From NCBI GenBank assembly GCA_024742285.1, contig JANSYR010000009.1:193443-257442 (forward strand): DNA of 64,000 nucleotides, in the 5' to 3' direction. Below the pieces are notes generated by a model. That model searched no databases. It was not told the DNA's origin and was given only the letters and a program-made list of their open reading frames with translations. The stretch is from a bacterium. GTDB lineage: Bacteria; Myxococcota_A; UBA9160; UBA4427. The translations under genes were made by a program, and so were the position numbers. Of the stretch, positions 19,635 through 27,936 are shown piece after piece. The number at the start of each line of letters is the position of its first letter. The first letter of the stretch is position 1.

Positions 19635-20315
19635 CTAACGTCCGAGGAGCCAGTCGTAGCCCCGGGTGAGTTCCTCGCGTCCTCCGGACTCCTTGACCGC
19701 GCCGTGGCAGACGATCACGCGCTCGAAGGGCCAGGCGAGGATCCGCTCGAGCCCCTTGCGGAAGGCGCCACGATCGCGGATCAGGATCTTCTCGAGGAGC
19801 GTCGGCGAGAGCCGGTCGTAGACGCCGTTCATCTTGAAGAAGAGGCGCGTGAGCGGTGCGCCTTCGGGGCCGACGTTGAACGCGATGTCGGTCAGGAGGA
19901 GCGTCTGGCTCGGCCGATGGAAGAACACGACCTCGTTCGCGAAGGAGAAGCCCTCGAGGGCGACCTGGTCCAGCACGTCGGACCACGAGGGCTCCGGCGC
20001 ATCGCCGAGGACGCCGGTCGGCTTCAAGTCCTTTCGCTTCGCTTCGAGACCGGGCGCGACGAAGAGCGTGGCCTCCGGGAAGGCCTCGATCCAGTCGTCC
20101 AGGAAGAGGTGGTGGAGCTTGTTCGGCGCGACGAGAATCGCGACGCGACCGAGCGCGTCGAGCTCCCGGCGAAGCGTCTCGTCGTAGCGAATGGGGGAAT
20201 GGAGGAGCAGGTCCCCGTTCGGCAGCCGTACGACCGTCATCCGTGACCCGACCTCGAGTCCGAGGAAACGGAGCGGCGTCTCGGTCACCCACAAGTCCGC
20301 ATCGAGCTGGCGCAT
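19635..20315 (-). CDS. DUF4336-family protein
   Basis: VVRLPNGDLLLHSPI...LGRVAILVAPNKLHHLFLDDWIEAFPEATLFVAPGL fits my recollection of DUF4336 (MBL-like fold). Confidence 0.6.
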   Translation of the reverse strand: MRQLDADLWVTETPLRFLGLEVGSRMTVVRLPNGDLLLHSPIRYDETLRRELDALGRVAILVAPNKLHHLFLDDWIEAFPEATLFVAPGLEAKRKDLKPTGVLGDAPEPSWSDVLDQVALEGFSFANEVVFFHRPSQTLLLTDIAFNVGPEGAPLTRLFFKMNGVYDRLSPTLLEKILIRDRGAFRKGLERILAWPFERVIVCHGAVKESGGREELTRGYDWLLGR

Positions 20316-20438
20316 GGGACCTCCTGGCTCGTTCCATCGCGACGGGCCGGCGATCGAACGCTTCGAGCGTATCCCAGCCCCGTGCCGTTCACGCGGGGTG
20401 CCGCGATCCGAGGCAGGGGGCGTGGTCCGAGCGCGCGT

Positions 20439-20657
20439 TCACGACCTCAGCGCCGCGAGGATCTCGCTGGTCTCGGGATAGCGACCCGCAGTGTGCTTCG
20501 AGAACACCAACTCGCCATCGACGCTCACGTCGAAGATTCCGCCGTCGCCGCGGATCAGCTCCGCCACGACGCCGGTCTCCCGCTCGATCTCGGCCGCCAG
20601 ACTGGAGGCCCGGGGGAGATAGTTTCAACGTCCGCAGTAGGTGATCGAGATCTTCAC
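20439..20657 (-). CDS. SelW/Rdx-family selenoprotein with in-frame UGA (Sec) at 20625-20627
   Basis: GTG at 20655-20657 with GGAGG 10 nt upstream. Translation MKISITYCGR-U-NYLPRASSLAAEIERETGVVAELIRGDGGIFDVSVDGELVFSKHTAGRYPETSEILAALRS (72 aa). It has the CxxU redox motif and the Rdx-family signature (ITYC..U.Y..RA, GG.F.V.VDG.L.FSK...GR.P). The ORF track shows only a run-on ending at this TGA. Confidence 0.8.
20576..20619 (-). promoter_or_regulatory. Candidate bacterial SECIS hairpin
   Basis: mRNA UCUCCC...GGGAGA outer stem and a GGCC(U)CCA-GUC-UGG(C)GGCC upper stem. The apical loop contains GU about 23 nt 3' of the UGA, similar in spacing and loop to E. coli fdhF (GCAGGUCUGC). Confidence 0.6.
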
Positions 20658-20731
20658 GTTCGAGGCCTCCGTCGATTCCGGCTTCGAGGGTACTCCATCG
20701 TCGGATCGACCTTCGAGATCGGGTCTGGCCG

Positions 20732-20786
20732 CTCGCCGAGCGTCCGCAGGCGAAGGTCTACTCGCCGAGCGCCCGCAGGCGAAGGT
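20732..20786. repeat. Two tandem 26-nt hairpin repeats (period 29 nt) between the VOC pseudogene and the selenoprotein gene
   Basis: ctcgccgagcg(t/c)ccgcaggcgaaggt twice. Each can fold as TCGCC-N11-GGCGA. The same core occurs at 14009-14031. Confidence 0.8.
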
Positions 20787-20791
20787 AATGT

Positions 20792-21157
20792 CTAGTCGGC
20801 GACCAGCGTCAGCACGTTGCCGTCGAGATCTTCGAAGTGCGCGAGGGTGCCGCCCCAGGGCTGCTTCGTCGGGGGCTCGCGGAAGACGACGCCGCGGGAG
20901 ACGAGGGTCTCGAAGGTCGTCTCGATGTCGTCGACCCGGAGCGAAACGCCGATGAAACGACCGATCAGTCCGTCGGCCTCCGGATCGTCGGGGGCCAGGC
21001 CTTCGATCGCGAGACACGCGGCGCCGGTATCGAGCTCGCCCCAGGCCGCCTCGGCGTTCGCTTACTGGACCGGCATCCCGAGCGTCTCCGAGTAGAAGGC
21101 GAGGGCGCGCTCCCAGTCTCGTGTGAAGATGCGCAGCGAGTCGAGCCGGAAGTGCAT
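20792..21157 (-). pseudogene. VOC (glyoxalase/bleomycin-resistance/dioxygenase) family gene interrupted by an in-frame TAA
   Basis: Hand translation from the ATG at 21155-21157: MHFRLDSLRIFTRDWERALAFYSETLGMPVQ-*(TAA, 21062-21064)-ANAEAAWGELDTGAACLAIEGL...VFREPPTKQPWGGTLAHFEDLDGNVLTLVAD-stop(20792-20794). Both halves are in the same frame and together form one VOC domain. There is no alternative start after the stop. Confidence 0.7.
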
Positions 21158-21184
21158 GCCGATTTCTCCTCGTGGCCGTCCGGA

Positions 21185-21454
21185 TCAGCGCGGCGGGGGC
21201 GGCGGGTCGCAGCCCTCGGGTGTTCGTTCACAGCCCCAGGCGCGCTCGGCGGTCCGCTCGTAGCGCTCGTATTCCCTGTCCCGGGCCGCGCGGAGCGGCT
21301 CGCACGTCTCCGGGCTCCTCGGATTCTCCTCGAGGCATTCCCGGTAGTCCGCGTCGGCCTCGCGGTAGCGGCGGTGCTCGGCGAAGGCGCAACCGCCCGC
21401 ACCGGACGAGAGGAGCAGCAAAGTGCCGAGTGCGGTCGCGAGCAGGCGTTTCAT
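21185..21454 (-). CDS. Small lipoprotein, unknown function
   Basis: MKRLLATALGTLLLLSSGAGGCAF lipobox, then a Cys- and Arg/Glu-rich 65-aa mature part ending in PPPPPR. Trimmed from a 309-aa ORF. Confidence 0.6.
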   Translation of the reverse strand: MKRLLATALGTLLLLSSGAGGCAFAEHRRYREADADYRECLEENPRSPETCEPLRAARDREYERYERTAERAWGCERTPEGCDPPPPPR

Positions 21455-21498
21455 GAATTCCTCCCGATCGGCTCGCCCGCGCGAGGGAGCCGTCGGGC

Positions 21499-22452
21499 TC
21501 AGACCGGGAACTTCTCGCCCGACCACTCCTCGCTGAGCTGCCACAGTCGATCCGCGGCTTCCTCGTCCAGCGCGTAGCCACAGACGCCCAGGGACTCGCC
21601 GGGGGTGTCGATGGTCGGCGCGACGCCGCAGTCCTCGCAGTAGACCCCGCCCTGGTCGGCGAGTTCCGGACTCGTGGCGGCCCAGACCGTCGTGGCGGCA
21701 CCGGCTTCGATCGTCTTGAACTTCATGGGCTCGCTCTGGGGACGCATCTCCATGAGCGACTTCACGTCGTCGCGGTCCATGTGGCGCGCGAGCTCGGTGT
21801 GGATCGCGCCGGGATGGACGGCGTAGCTTCGGACGCCGCGATCCTTGTAGCGCTTGTCGAGCCCGACGCTGAAGAGCACGTTGGCCGTCTTGGCCTGGCC
21901 GTAGGCTTTGAACTTGTCGTACGCGTCGCGCTCGAAGAAGGGGTCGTCGAAGCGGAGCGGGGACATCCGGTGGCCGCCGCTCGAGAGGTTCACGATCCGG
22001 GCGGGGCTGCCTGCGATCACGTTCTCGATGAGATGCGCGGTCAGTACGAAGTGCCCCAGATGGTTCGTACCGAGCTGCGTGTCGAGGCCTTCCTTCGTCC
22101 GCCCGAGCGGGCACATCATCACGCCCGCGTTGTTGATCAGGCGATCGATCTTCGGGAACCGCGCGGCGATGTCGTCGGCGCCGCGACGCACGGAGTCGAG
22201 GTCGAAGAGGTCGAGAAGCGCGAGCTCGATGTCGGCGCCGGGGACGCGCTCGCGGATGCTCTCGGCGGCGGCCTTGCCCTTGGCTTCGTCCCGGACGACG
22301 GAGACGATGCGCGCGCCGCGGAGGGCGAGGACACGCGCGGCTTCGACGCCGAGGCCTGCGGAGCCGCCCGTCAGCACGACGGTCTGGCCGGAGAGGTCGA
22401 TGCCAGCGGAGGCTTCTTCGGCGGTGGTGTCGGCGTTGAAGGCGTTGGCCAT
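21499..22452 (-). CDS. SDR family oxidoreductase (WW-domain-oxidoreductase/retinol-DH-like)
   Basis: TVVLTGGSAGLGVEAA (TGxxxGxG), NNAG, and catalytic Y..K (FKAYGQAKTA). Trimmed from an 852-aa run-on ORF to the ATG at 22450-22452. Confidence 0.85.
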   Translation of the reverse strand: MANAFNADTTAEEASAGIDLSGQTVVLTGGSAGLGVEAARVLALRGARIVSVVRDEAKGKAAAESIRERVPGADIELALLDLFDLDSVRRGADDIAARFPKIDRLINNAGVMMCPLGRTKEGLDTQLGTNHLGHFVLTAHLIENVIAGSPARIVNLSSGGHRMSPLRFDDPFFERDAYDKFKAYGQAKTANVLFSVGLDKRYKDRGVRSYAVHPGAIHTELARHMDRDDVKSLMEMRPQSEPMKFKTIEAGAATTVWAATSPELADQGGVYCEDCGVAPTIDTPGESLGVCGYALDEEAADRLWQLSEEWSGEKFPV

Positions 22453-22565
22453 GGAGGGGCTCCTCGGGGTCGTCGTGGAGACGAAAGGGGTTTCGGAGAG
22501 GCGGGAGGTCGGACCCGCGGAGAGTGCCGAGAATAGGGACTTCGTTCGATCGAGGCTCGGGGCGC

Positions 22566-23588
22566 TCAGGACGTGGGTTCGTCCCCCGGGAGCTCGCTCG
22601 AAGCGAACGACGCGAAGGCGATCCGTCGCCGGTTCCAGGTCCAGGTGAGGGCGACGCCTTCGGGAGTTGCGATCAGAGCCGGGTAGGAATACTCGCCGGG
22701 GGCGGTCTCGACGTCGATCCGCGCGGGCCAGGTCTCGCCGCCATCGCTCGACACGAGCAGCGAGAGAGGCGTGCGCGCCGCCCAGTTCCCTTCGACCGGA
22801 TTGCAGGCGAGGACGACCCGACCGTCCGGGAGGCGGGCCGCGTCGATGCCGCTGTTGTTGTTCGGGATCGCGAGGGCACGCGGCCGGGTCCAGGTCCGCC
22901 CCTCGTCCGTCGAGTCCGCGCGGTGGACGAAACCGTCGGTGCTCCGGAAGAGCGCGTGCACGCGCTCGCCTTCGGATCGCCAGAGCGTCGGCTGGATCAG
23001 CCCCTTGCCGCCGAAACGAAGGTGGTTGATCGCAACGTCGGGCGTCGCCTTCCAGTCGCGGATGCCGTCCGGGCTCCGATCGAAGAACGCGTCCCATCGT
23101 CGCCAGCGCTCGCGGCTCGCCCCCGCGAGCCACGCCCCCGACGCGAGTCGGATCGGCTTGCAGCGCACTGCGCCTCGACCGCCGCGGTCTCCGGGCACGA
23201 GGGGAGCGGGCTCGGACCACGTCGCTCCGCCATCCCGGGATCGCTGGGACCACGTCTCCCATTCCCGGATGCGTGGGCCGACCTTGAAGTGGAGGACGAG
23301 ATCGCGCCCTTCTTCGTCGAGCGCGAAGAGCACCGGATTCCAGTGCGCGACGTCGCCCACCTTCGCGAGGACGCGGGGCGCGCTCCAGCCGCCATCGGGC
23401 GCGCGCTCGGCGCCCCAGATGGCGACGTCTTCGGTTCCCTCGCGCGTACCGGCGAACCAGGCGACCAGGAAGCGGCCGGAGGCCTGGCGTACCAGGGTCG
23501 ACGCGTGGCATTGCGCGAAGGGGCGCACGTCCCCGAAGACGTGCTCGGGGGCGATCGCGTCGTCGTCGTCGCGCGGCGTCGCCTTCAT
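22566..23588 (-). CDS. BNR/Asp-box repeat (sialidase-like beta-propeller) protein
   Basis: Asp-boxes SRDGGATWS, STDEGRTWT and SSDGGETWP. No signal peptide seen. Start is the ATG at 23588 or at 23672. Confidence 0.75.
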   Translation of the reverse strand: MKATPRDDDDAIAPEHVFGDVRPFAQCHASTLVRQASGRFLVAWFAGTREGTEDVAIWGAERAPDGGWSAPRVLAKVGDVAHWNPVLFALDEEGRDLVLHFKVGPRIREWETWSQRSRDGGATWSEPAPLVPGDRGGRGAVRCKPIRLASGAWLAGASRERWRRWDAFFDRSPDGIRDWKATPDVAINHLRFGGKGLIQPTLWRSEGERVHALFRSTDGFVHRADSTDEGRTWTRPRALAIPNNNSGIDAARLPDGRVVLACNPVEGNWAARTPLSLLVSSDGGETWPARIDVETAPGEYSYPALIATPEGVALTWTWNRRRIAFASFASSELPGDEPTS

Positions 23589-23812
23589 CGTTCGTTCTGA
23601 AACGCCGGGCGAAGGGCTCGCGCGGCGCTCGTCGGGCTTCTTCCCGATCGCCCCGTCCGGTGAAAGCACCATTCTCGAAAAATCGTCGACGCGTCGCGCG
23701 GCGCGACTTGTGTGCAGGCCATACGCGGACGATAGGCAAATTGATCCAACGCCCCGAACCTTCGTTTCGACCCCGGCGAACGACCCGTCTTCGTTCTCTC
23801 CAGGAGCCCAGC

Positions 23813-24448
23813 ATGATCAAGACCGGCAACGACGTTCTCTTCCAGGAGCCGACCTGCGACACGCGGCGCTTGCGCCGATCCGTCGTCGTCGACGCCTCCG
23901 CCGACGAGTTCTCGATCCAGTTCGTCGCAGAGCCCTTCGCCTTCGAAGTGGACCAGGAGGTCCTCATGTACTTCAACGGGAAGCGCGAGTTCATGCAGCA
24001 GATCGCGCGCGTGACCGAGGTCTCGCTTCCCGAGGAGGGGTCGGACGAGTCGATCACGTTCGCGCTCGAGGCGGTCGGGGACCCGATCTCCGCCGAGAAC
24101 CGCCAGCACTATCGCGTGAGCACGATCAGCGCGAATCTCGAAGCGAACGTCGGAGACGAGGAGAACCTGTCGGTTCAGGATCTCTCCTCGACGGGCTTCG
24201 CCGTTCTCGCCACGAACGAGTACGAGCTGGGTCAGACCGTGGAGGTCTCGATCGCCCACGGCGAGGAACAATGTCACGGGATCGCCTCGATCCAGAGCGT
24301 GCGGGACTTCGGCGGCGGCCGGATCCGCTACGGGATGCGCGCGATCGAAGAGGACCCCCATACCGGCGAGTTCCTCCAGGTCCTGCAGCGCATCTCCCTC
24401 GCGGTCCAGCGCGAGCAGCTCCAGCGGAGCGGCGGCGCCTCGGCCTGA
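23813..24448 (+). CDS. PilZ-domain c-di-GMP-binding protein
   Basis: RxxxR (NRQHYRVS) and D/NxSxxG (VQDLSSTGFAV) motifs. ATG at 23813 with AGGAG 6 nt upstream. Confidence 0.75.
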   Translation: MIKTGNDVLFQEPTCDTRRLRRSVVVDASADEFSIQFVAEPFAFEVDQEVLMYFNGKREFMQQIARVTEVSLPEEGSDESITFALEAVGDPISAENRQHYRVSTISANLEANVGDEENLSVQDLSSTGFAVLATNEYELGQTVEVSIAHGEEQCHGIASIQSVRDFGGGRIRYGMRAIEEDPHTGEFLQVLQRISLAVQREQLQRSGGASA

Positions 24449-24455
24449 ATCCGGC

Positions 24456-25022
24456 TCACTCGCCTCCGACTGAATCCGGGCCGTTCGCGCGGATGTTTCC
24501 CTGGCGCGGCGCGGCGATCGTCGCGAGCAGCCGTTGGATCACGTCGCTGCCGTCGCGTCGACCCGAGAGGTGGTCCTCCGGGATCTCCCACCACGCGTTC
24601 TGCGGAATCGGGATCGTCCACTCGCCGATGGCCGTCCTGTCGGCGATCCGCCAGGTGTCCGCCCTGCGCTCGAAGCGGTCGACGTAGCGAAAGCCGGTCG
24701 CGACGCTCATGAAGGGGCGTGGGTCGTCGCTTCGATGGAGCGACACGCCGTAGGTCTCACAGGCCGCCACGTCGCCCTCTCCGAGATCGACGAGGACGTT
24801 GCCGACCAGGTGCATCGTCCAGCGGTACTTCGCCGTCAGTCCGTCGACCCACGTGATGAACTCGTCGACGGTCCCGTCGAAGCTGCCGTGGTGGTCGCGC
24901 GCGTCGTCGTGGTAGCAGCCGCGGACGAGCTCGAAGTCGCGGCGATCGATCCCCCGGCAGTAGCGGAGGACGACTTCTTCGATCGCCTGCTTGTCGAGAA
25001 GCGCTTCGAGTCGCGGGTCCAT
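24456..25022 (-). CDS. NTF2-like (SnoaL_4) superfamily protein
   Basis: LLDKQAIEEVVLRYCRGIDRRDFELVRGCYHDDARDHHG, a typical SnoaL-like start. 188 aa. Confidence 0.7.
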   Translation of the reverse strand: MDPRLEALLDKQAIEEVVLRYCRGIDRRDFELVRGCYHDDARDHHGSFDGTVDEFITWVDGLTAKYRWTMHLVGNVLVDLGEGDVAACETYGVSLHRSDDPRPFMSVATGFRYVDRFERRADTWRIADRTAIGEWTIPIPQNAWWEIPEDHLSGRRDGSDVIQRLLATIAAPRQGNIRANGPDSVGGE

Positions 25023-25070
25023 GCCGCGAGGCTAGCAGCCTCGGCGCCCCGCGATCGTGCGAGGACGCGT

Positions 25071-25841
25071 CTACGCCTCGCCTTCAGCGGCGTTCGCTTC
25101 GGGCTCGATCCCGAGGACACGACGCCGGTACGCGTCCGGCATGAAGAAGGCGAGCCACCAGCACCCGGTGTTCAGGAGGCTCGAGCAGGAGATCAGGCTC
25201 GCGCCGAGGGGGGCGAGGATCGGGAGGCCGGTCACCCGGATCGTCATGATCGCGGCGATGAGCGCGACGCTGGCGAAGCTGGCCATCGCCCAGAGCAGGA
25301 ATCGATGGGTCGTCTCGGGGTTCGCCAGGCCGAGCGCCGCACGCTTCTTCATCTTGCCGTAGTAGCCGACCGACTCGAGCCCGTTCCAGAAGAAGGAAGC
25401 GCCGACGGAAGCCATCAGGGCGAGCGTCCACGGCTGGATCTCTGCGATCATCGCTTCCCGTGTCGGCGCGAACGCCACGACGAGCGCGGCGCCGATCCCG
25501 CCGATCGCGCCCATCAAGCCGATGGCGACGGAGAGCGCGGCGGCCCAGCGCTTGCCCGCGCGGAAGACGACGTAGGGAAAGCGGGCGAGGGCGGCGATTC
25601 CGACGACGATCCCGATCGAGCCCATCGCGAAGAGCAGCGCGCCTTCGGTCGTCATGACCATCGCCGGCACGCGGCTCGCTCCGGTGAGCGGGTAGCCCAC
25701 GCAGAAGAGCCCGCCGAAGGTGACGGCCAGGAGTCGTTCCGGCACGGCCCGCGTGCGTCGCGCGAGCGCGAAGAGTCGCGCGGTCACGCCCCAGCCGACG
25801 AGAACGGAGAGGAGTCCCGAGATGCCCGTGAAGATCGCCAT
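25071..25841 (-). CDS. Polytopic membrane protein, unknown function
   Basis: 256 aa with about 7 hydrophobic helices (e.g. ISGLLSVLVGWGV, GSIGIVVGIAALA, FLLWAMASFASVALIAAIMTI). Trimmed from a 675-aa ORF to the ATG at 25839-25841. Confidence 0.6.
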   Translation of the reverse strand: MAIFTGISGLLSVLVGWGVTARLFALARRTRAVPERLLAVTFGGLFCVGYPLTGASRVPAMVMTTEGALLFAMGSIGIVVGIAALARFPYVVFRAGKRWAAALSVAIGLMGAIGGIGAALVVAFAPTREAMIAEIQPWTLALMASVGASFFWNGLESVGYYGKMKKRAALGLANPETTHRFLLWAMASFASVALIAAIMTIRVTGLPILAPLGASLISCSSLLNTGCWWLAFFMPDAYRRRVLGIEPEANAAEGEA

Positions 25842-26012
25842 TCCATCCCTTATCGAACGAGGACGGCCTCGGGTTGAGGCCGAGTGGCCGTCCTCCTGCC
25901 GGCGGAATGCCGGTTCCCTGCGGCGATCTCGCGAGGCTATGCTCGACGTTTCGCGTCGGCCTCGGATGAGTTCCCCTCGCCGGACGCGGCAACCCTGGAC
26001 AGGAGTCTCCAC

Positions 26013-27044
26013 GTGAGCGCGAGCAACTCTCTTCGATACGGCGTGCAGTTCGGATACTGGCAAGCCCAGCCCCATCCCAACTTCGTGGAGATCGGACAGG
26101 CCGCCGAGGAGCTCGGCTTCCATTCTGCCTGGAGCGCGGAGGCCTGGGGCTCGGATGCGTTCTCGCCCCTCGTCTGGCTCGCCGCGCACACGACGAAGCT
26201 CCATCTCGCGACGGGCATCTGCCAGATTTCGGCCCGCACGCCCGCGTCGACGGCGATGCACGCGCTCACCCTCGATCATCTGTCGAAGGGGCGCATGATC
26301 CTCGGGCTCGGCGTGTCCGGTCCGCAGGTCGTCGAAGGATGGTACGGGCAGCCCTTCTCCAAGCCGATCTCGCGGACCCGCGAGTACATCGACATCATCC
26401 GGCAGGTGATGCGGCGCGAGGCGCCGGTGTCCAACTCCGGCCCGCACTACCCGCTCCCCTACACGGGAGAGGGCTCCTGGGGACTGGGGAAGCCGCTCAA
26501 GCCGATCACGCATCCGCTCCGCGCGGACATGCCGATCTACCTGGGCGCCGAGGGGCCGAAGAACGTCGCGCTGGCGGCGGAGGTCTGCGACGGGTGGATG
26601 CCGCTCTGGTACTCGCCCTATCGCGAGGAGGTCTACGCCGACTCGCTCGAGGGCGCGCCCGACGACTTCGACGTCGTGCAGGGCGTCTCGGTCAACGTGA
26701 CCGACGACCTCGAGGCGGCCTACGACGCCGCTCGTCCCGGAATCGGCTTCTACGTCGGCGGCATGGGCGCGAAGGATCGCAACTTCCACAAGGAGCTCAT
26801 GGCGCGCATGGGCTACCCGGACGAAGCGGAGGCGATCCAGAACAACTTCCTCGAGGGCCGTCGTGCCGAGGCGATCGCCGCCGTGCCCAACGGGTTCATC
26901 GACGAGGTCATGCTGATCGGGCCCGTCGAGCGGATCCGGGATCGCCTCCAGGCGTGGAAGGAGAGCCGCGTGAGGACGATGCTCCTGCACGCGCGGGATC
27001 CCGAGCACCTCAAGGAGATCGCCGACGTCCTGATGGGCGCCTAG
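26013..27044 (+). CDS. Luciferase-like monooxygenase (LLM) class oxidoreductase, probably F420-dependent
   Basis: GVQFGYW...ELGFHSAWSAEAWGSDAFSPLVWLAAHTTKLHLATGICQISARTPA...GRMILGLGVSGPQVVEGWYG. GTG at 26013 with AGGAG 7 nt upstream. Confidence 0.8.
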   Translation: MSASNSLRYGVQFGYWQAQPHPNFVEIGQAAEELGFHSAWSAEAWGSDAFSPLVWLAAHTTKLHLATGICQISARTPASTAMHALTLDHLSKGRMILGLGVSGPQVVEGWYGQPFSKPISRTREYIDIIRQVMRREAPVSNSGPHYPLPYTGEGSWGLGKPLKPITHPLRADMPIYLGAEGPKNVALAAEVCDGWMPLWYSPYREEVYADSLEGAPDDFDVVQGVSVNVTDDLEAAYDAARPGIGFYVGGMGAKDRNFHKELMARMGYPDEAEAIQNNFLEGRRAEAIAAVPNGFIDEVMLIGPVERIRDRLQAWKESRVRTMLLHARDPEHLKEIADVLMGA

Positions 27045-27072
27045 TACGGCCGAGCACGAACGGAGAAACACG

Positions 27073-27933
27073 ATGGACTTTGGGTATTTCGGATTCAATC
27101 ACGGGGCGCTCCACGAGCCCGACGCGATCGAGCGCGTGGTCGTGACCGCCGAGCAGCTCGGATACGAATCGATCTGGACCGGCGAGCACGTGGTCCTCGT
27201 CGATCCCCACGAGCCGCCGTCACCGGTCCCGCCGGAGACGAACTTCGTCGACACGGTCGCGAGTCTCGCCTTCGCTGCCGCGAAGACCGAACGGATCAAG
27301 CTCGGCTCGGGCATCATCCTCCTGCCCCAGCGCAATCCCGTCGTGCTCGCGAAAGAGCTCGCCGGGATCGACGTGCTCTCGAAGGGGCGACTCCTGTTCG
27401 GCGTGGGCGTCGGCTACGTCCCGCGCGAGTTCGAGACCCTCGGGATTCCCTACGAGGAGCGCGGCGCGCGCATGACCGAACACATCGAGGTGATCCGGGA
27501 GCTCTGGACCTCGGAGAAGCCCTCCTTCGACGGGCAGTTCACGCAGTTCTCGGGCATCCAGTCGAATCCGCGCCCCGTCCAGGATCCGCACCCGCCGATC
27601 CACGTCGGTGGCATGTCCCCGCCGGCGCTCCGGCGCGCGGTCGCCCAGGGCGACGGCTGGTACGGCTTCTTCCAGGATCTCGACGCCACCGCGGCGGCGC
27701 TCAAGAGACTCGAGGACGCGGCGAAGTCGACGGAGCGCCGCGAGGGCCTCGGGCGTCTCGAGATCAGCATCACGCCGCCGGGGCCCGTCGATGCCGACAC
27801 GGCGAAGCGGTACGAGGATCTCGGCGTCGACCGGCTGGTCGTGATGCGCGGCTTCGGCGACATGAGCGCCAGCGGCGGCGACGCGGTCGACGGCATCGTT
27901 TCGTTCCTCGAGGACCAGGCGAAGGTCTTCTGA
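27073..27933 (+). CDS. LLM class oxidoreductase (TIGR03619-like, probably F420-dependent)
   Basis: MDFGYFGFN...LGYESIWTGEHVVL...IKLGSGIILLPQRNPVVLAKELAGIDVLSKGRLLFGVGVGY...PPIHVGGMSPPALRRA. Confidence 0.8.
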   Translation: MDFGYFGFNHGALHEPDAIERVVVTAEQLGYESIWTGEHVVLVDPHEPPSPVPPETNFVDTVASLAFAAAKTERIKLGSGIILLPQRNPVVLAKELAGIDVLSKGRLLFGVGVGYVPREFETLGIPYEERGARMTEHIEVIRELWTSEKPSFDGQFTQFSGIQSNPRPVQDPHPPIHVGGMSPPALRRAVAQGDGWYGFFQDLDATAAALKRLEDAAKSTERREGLGRLEISITPPGPVDADTAKRYEDLGVDRLVVMRGFGDMSASGGDAVDGIVSFLEDQAKVF

Positions 27934-27936
27934 GGC

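Noticed and set aside
20389-20628. 79-aa track ORF overlapping the selenoprotein gene
   Set aside because: It is out of frame relative to the Rdx-family reading frame and has Arg/Gly-rich nonsense composition.
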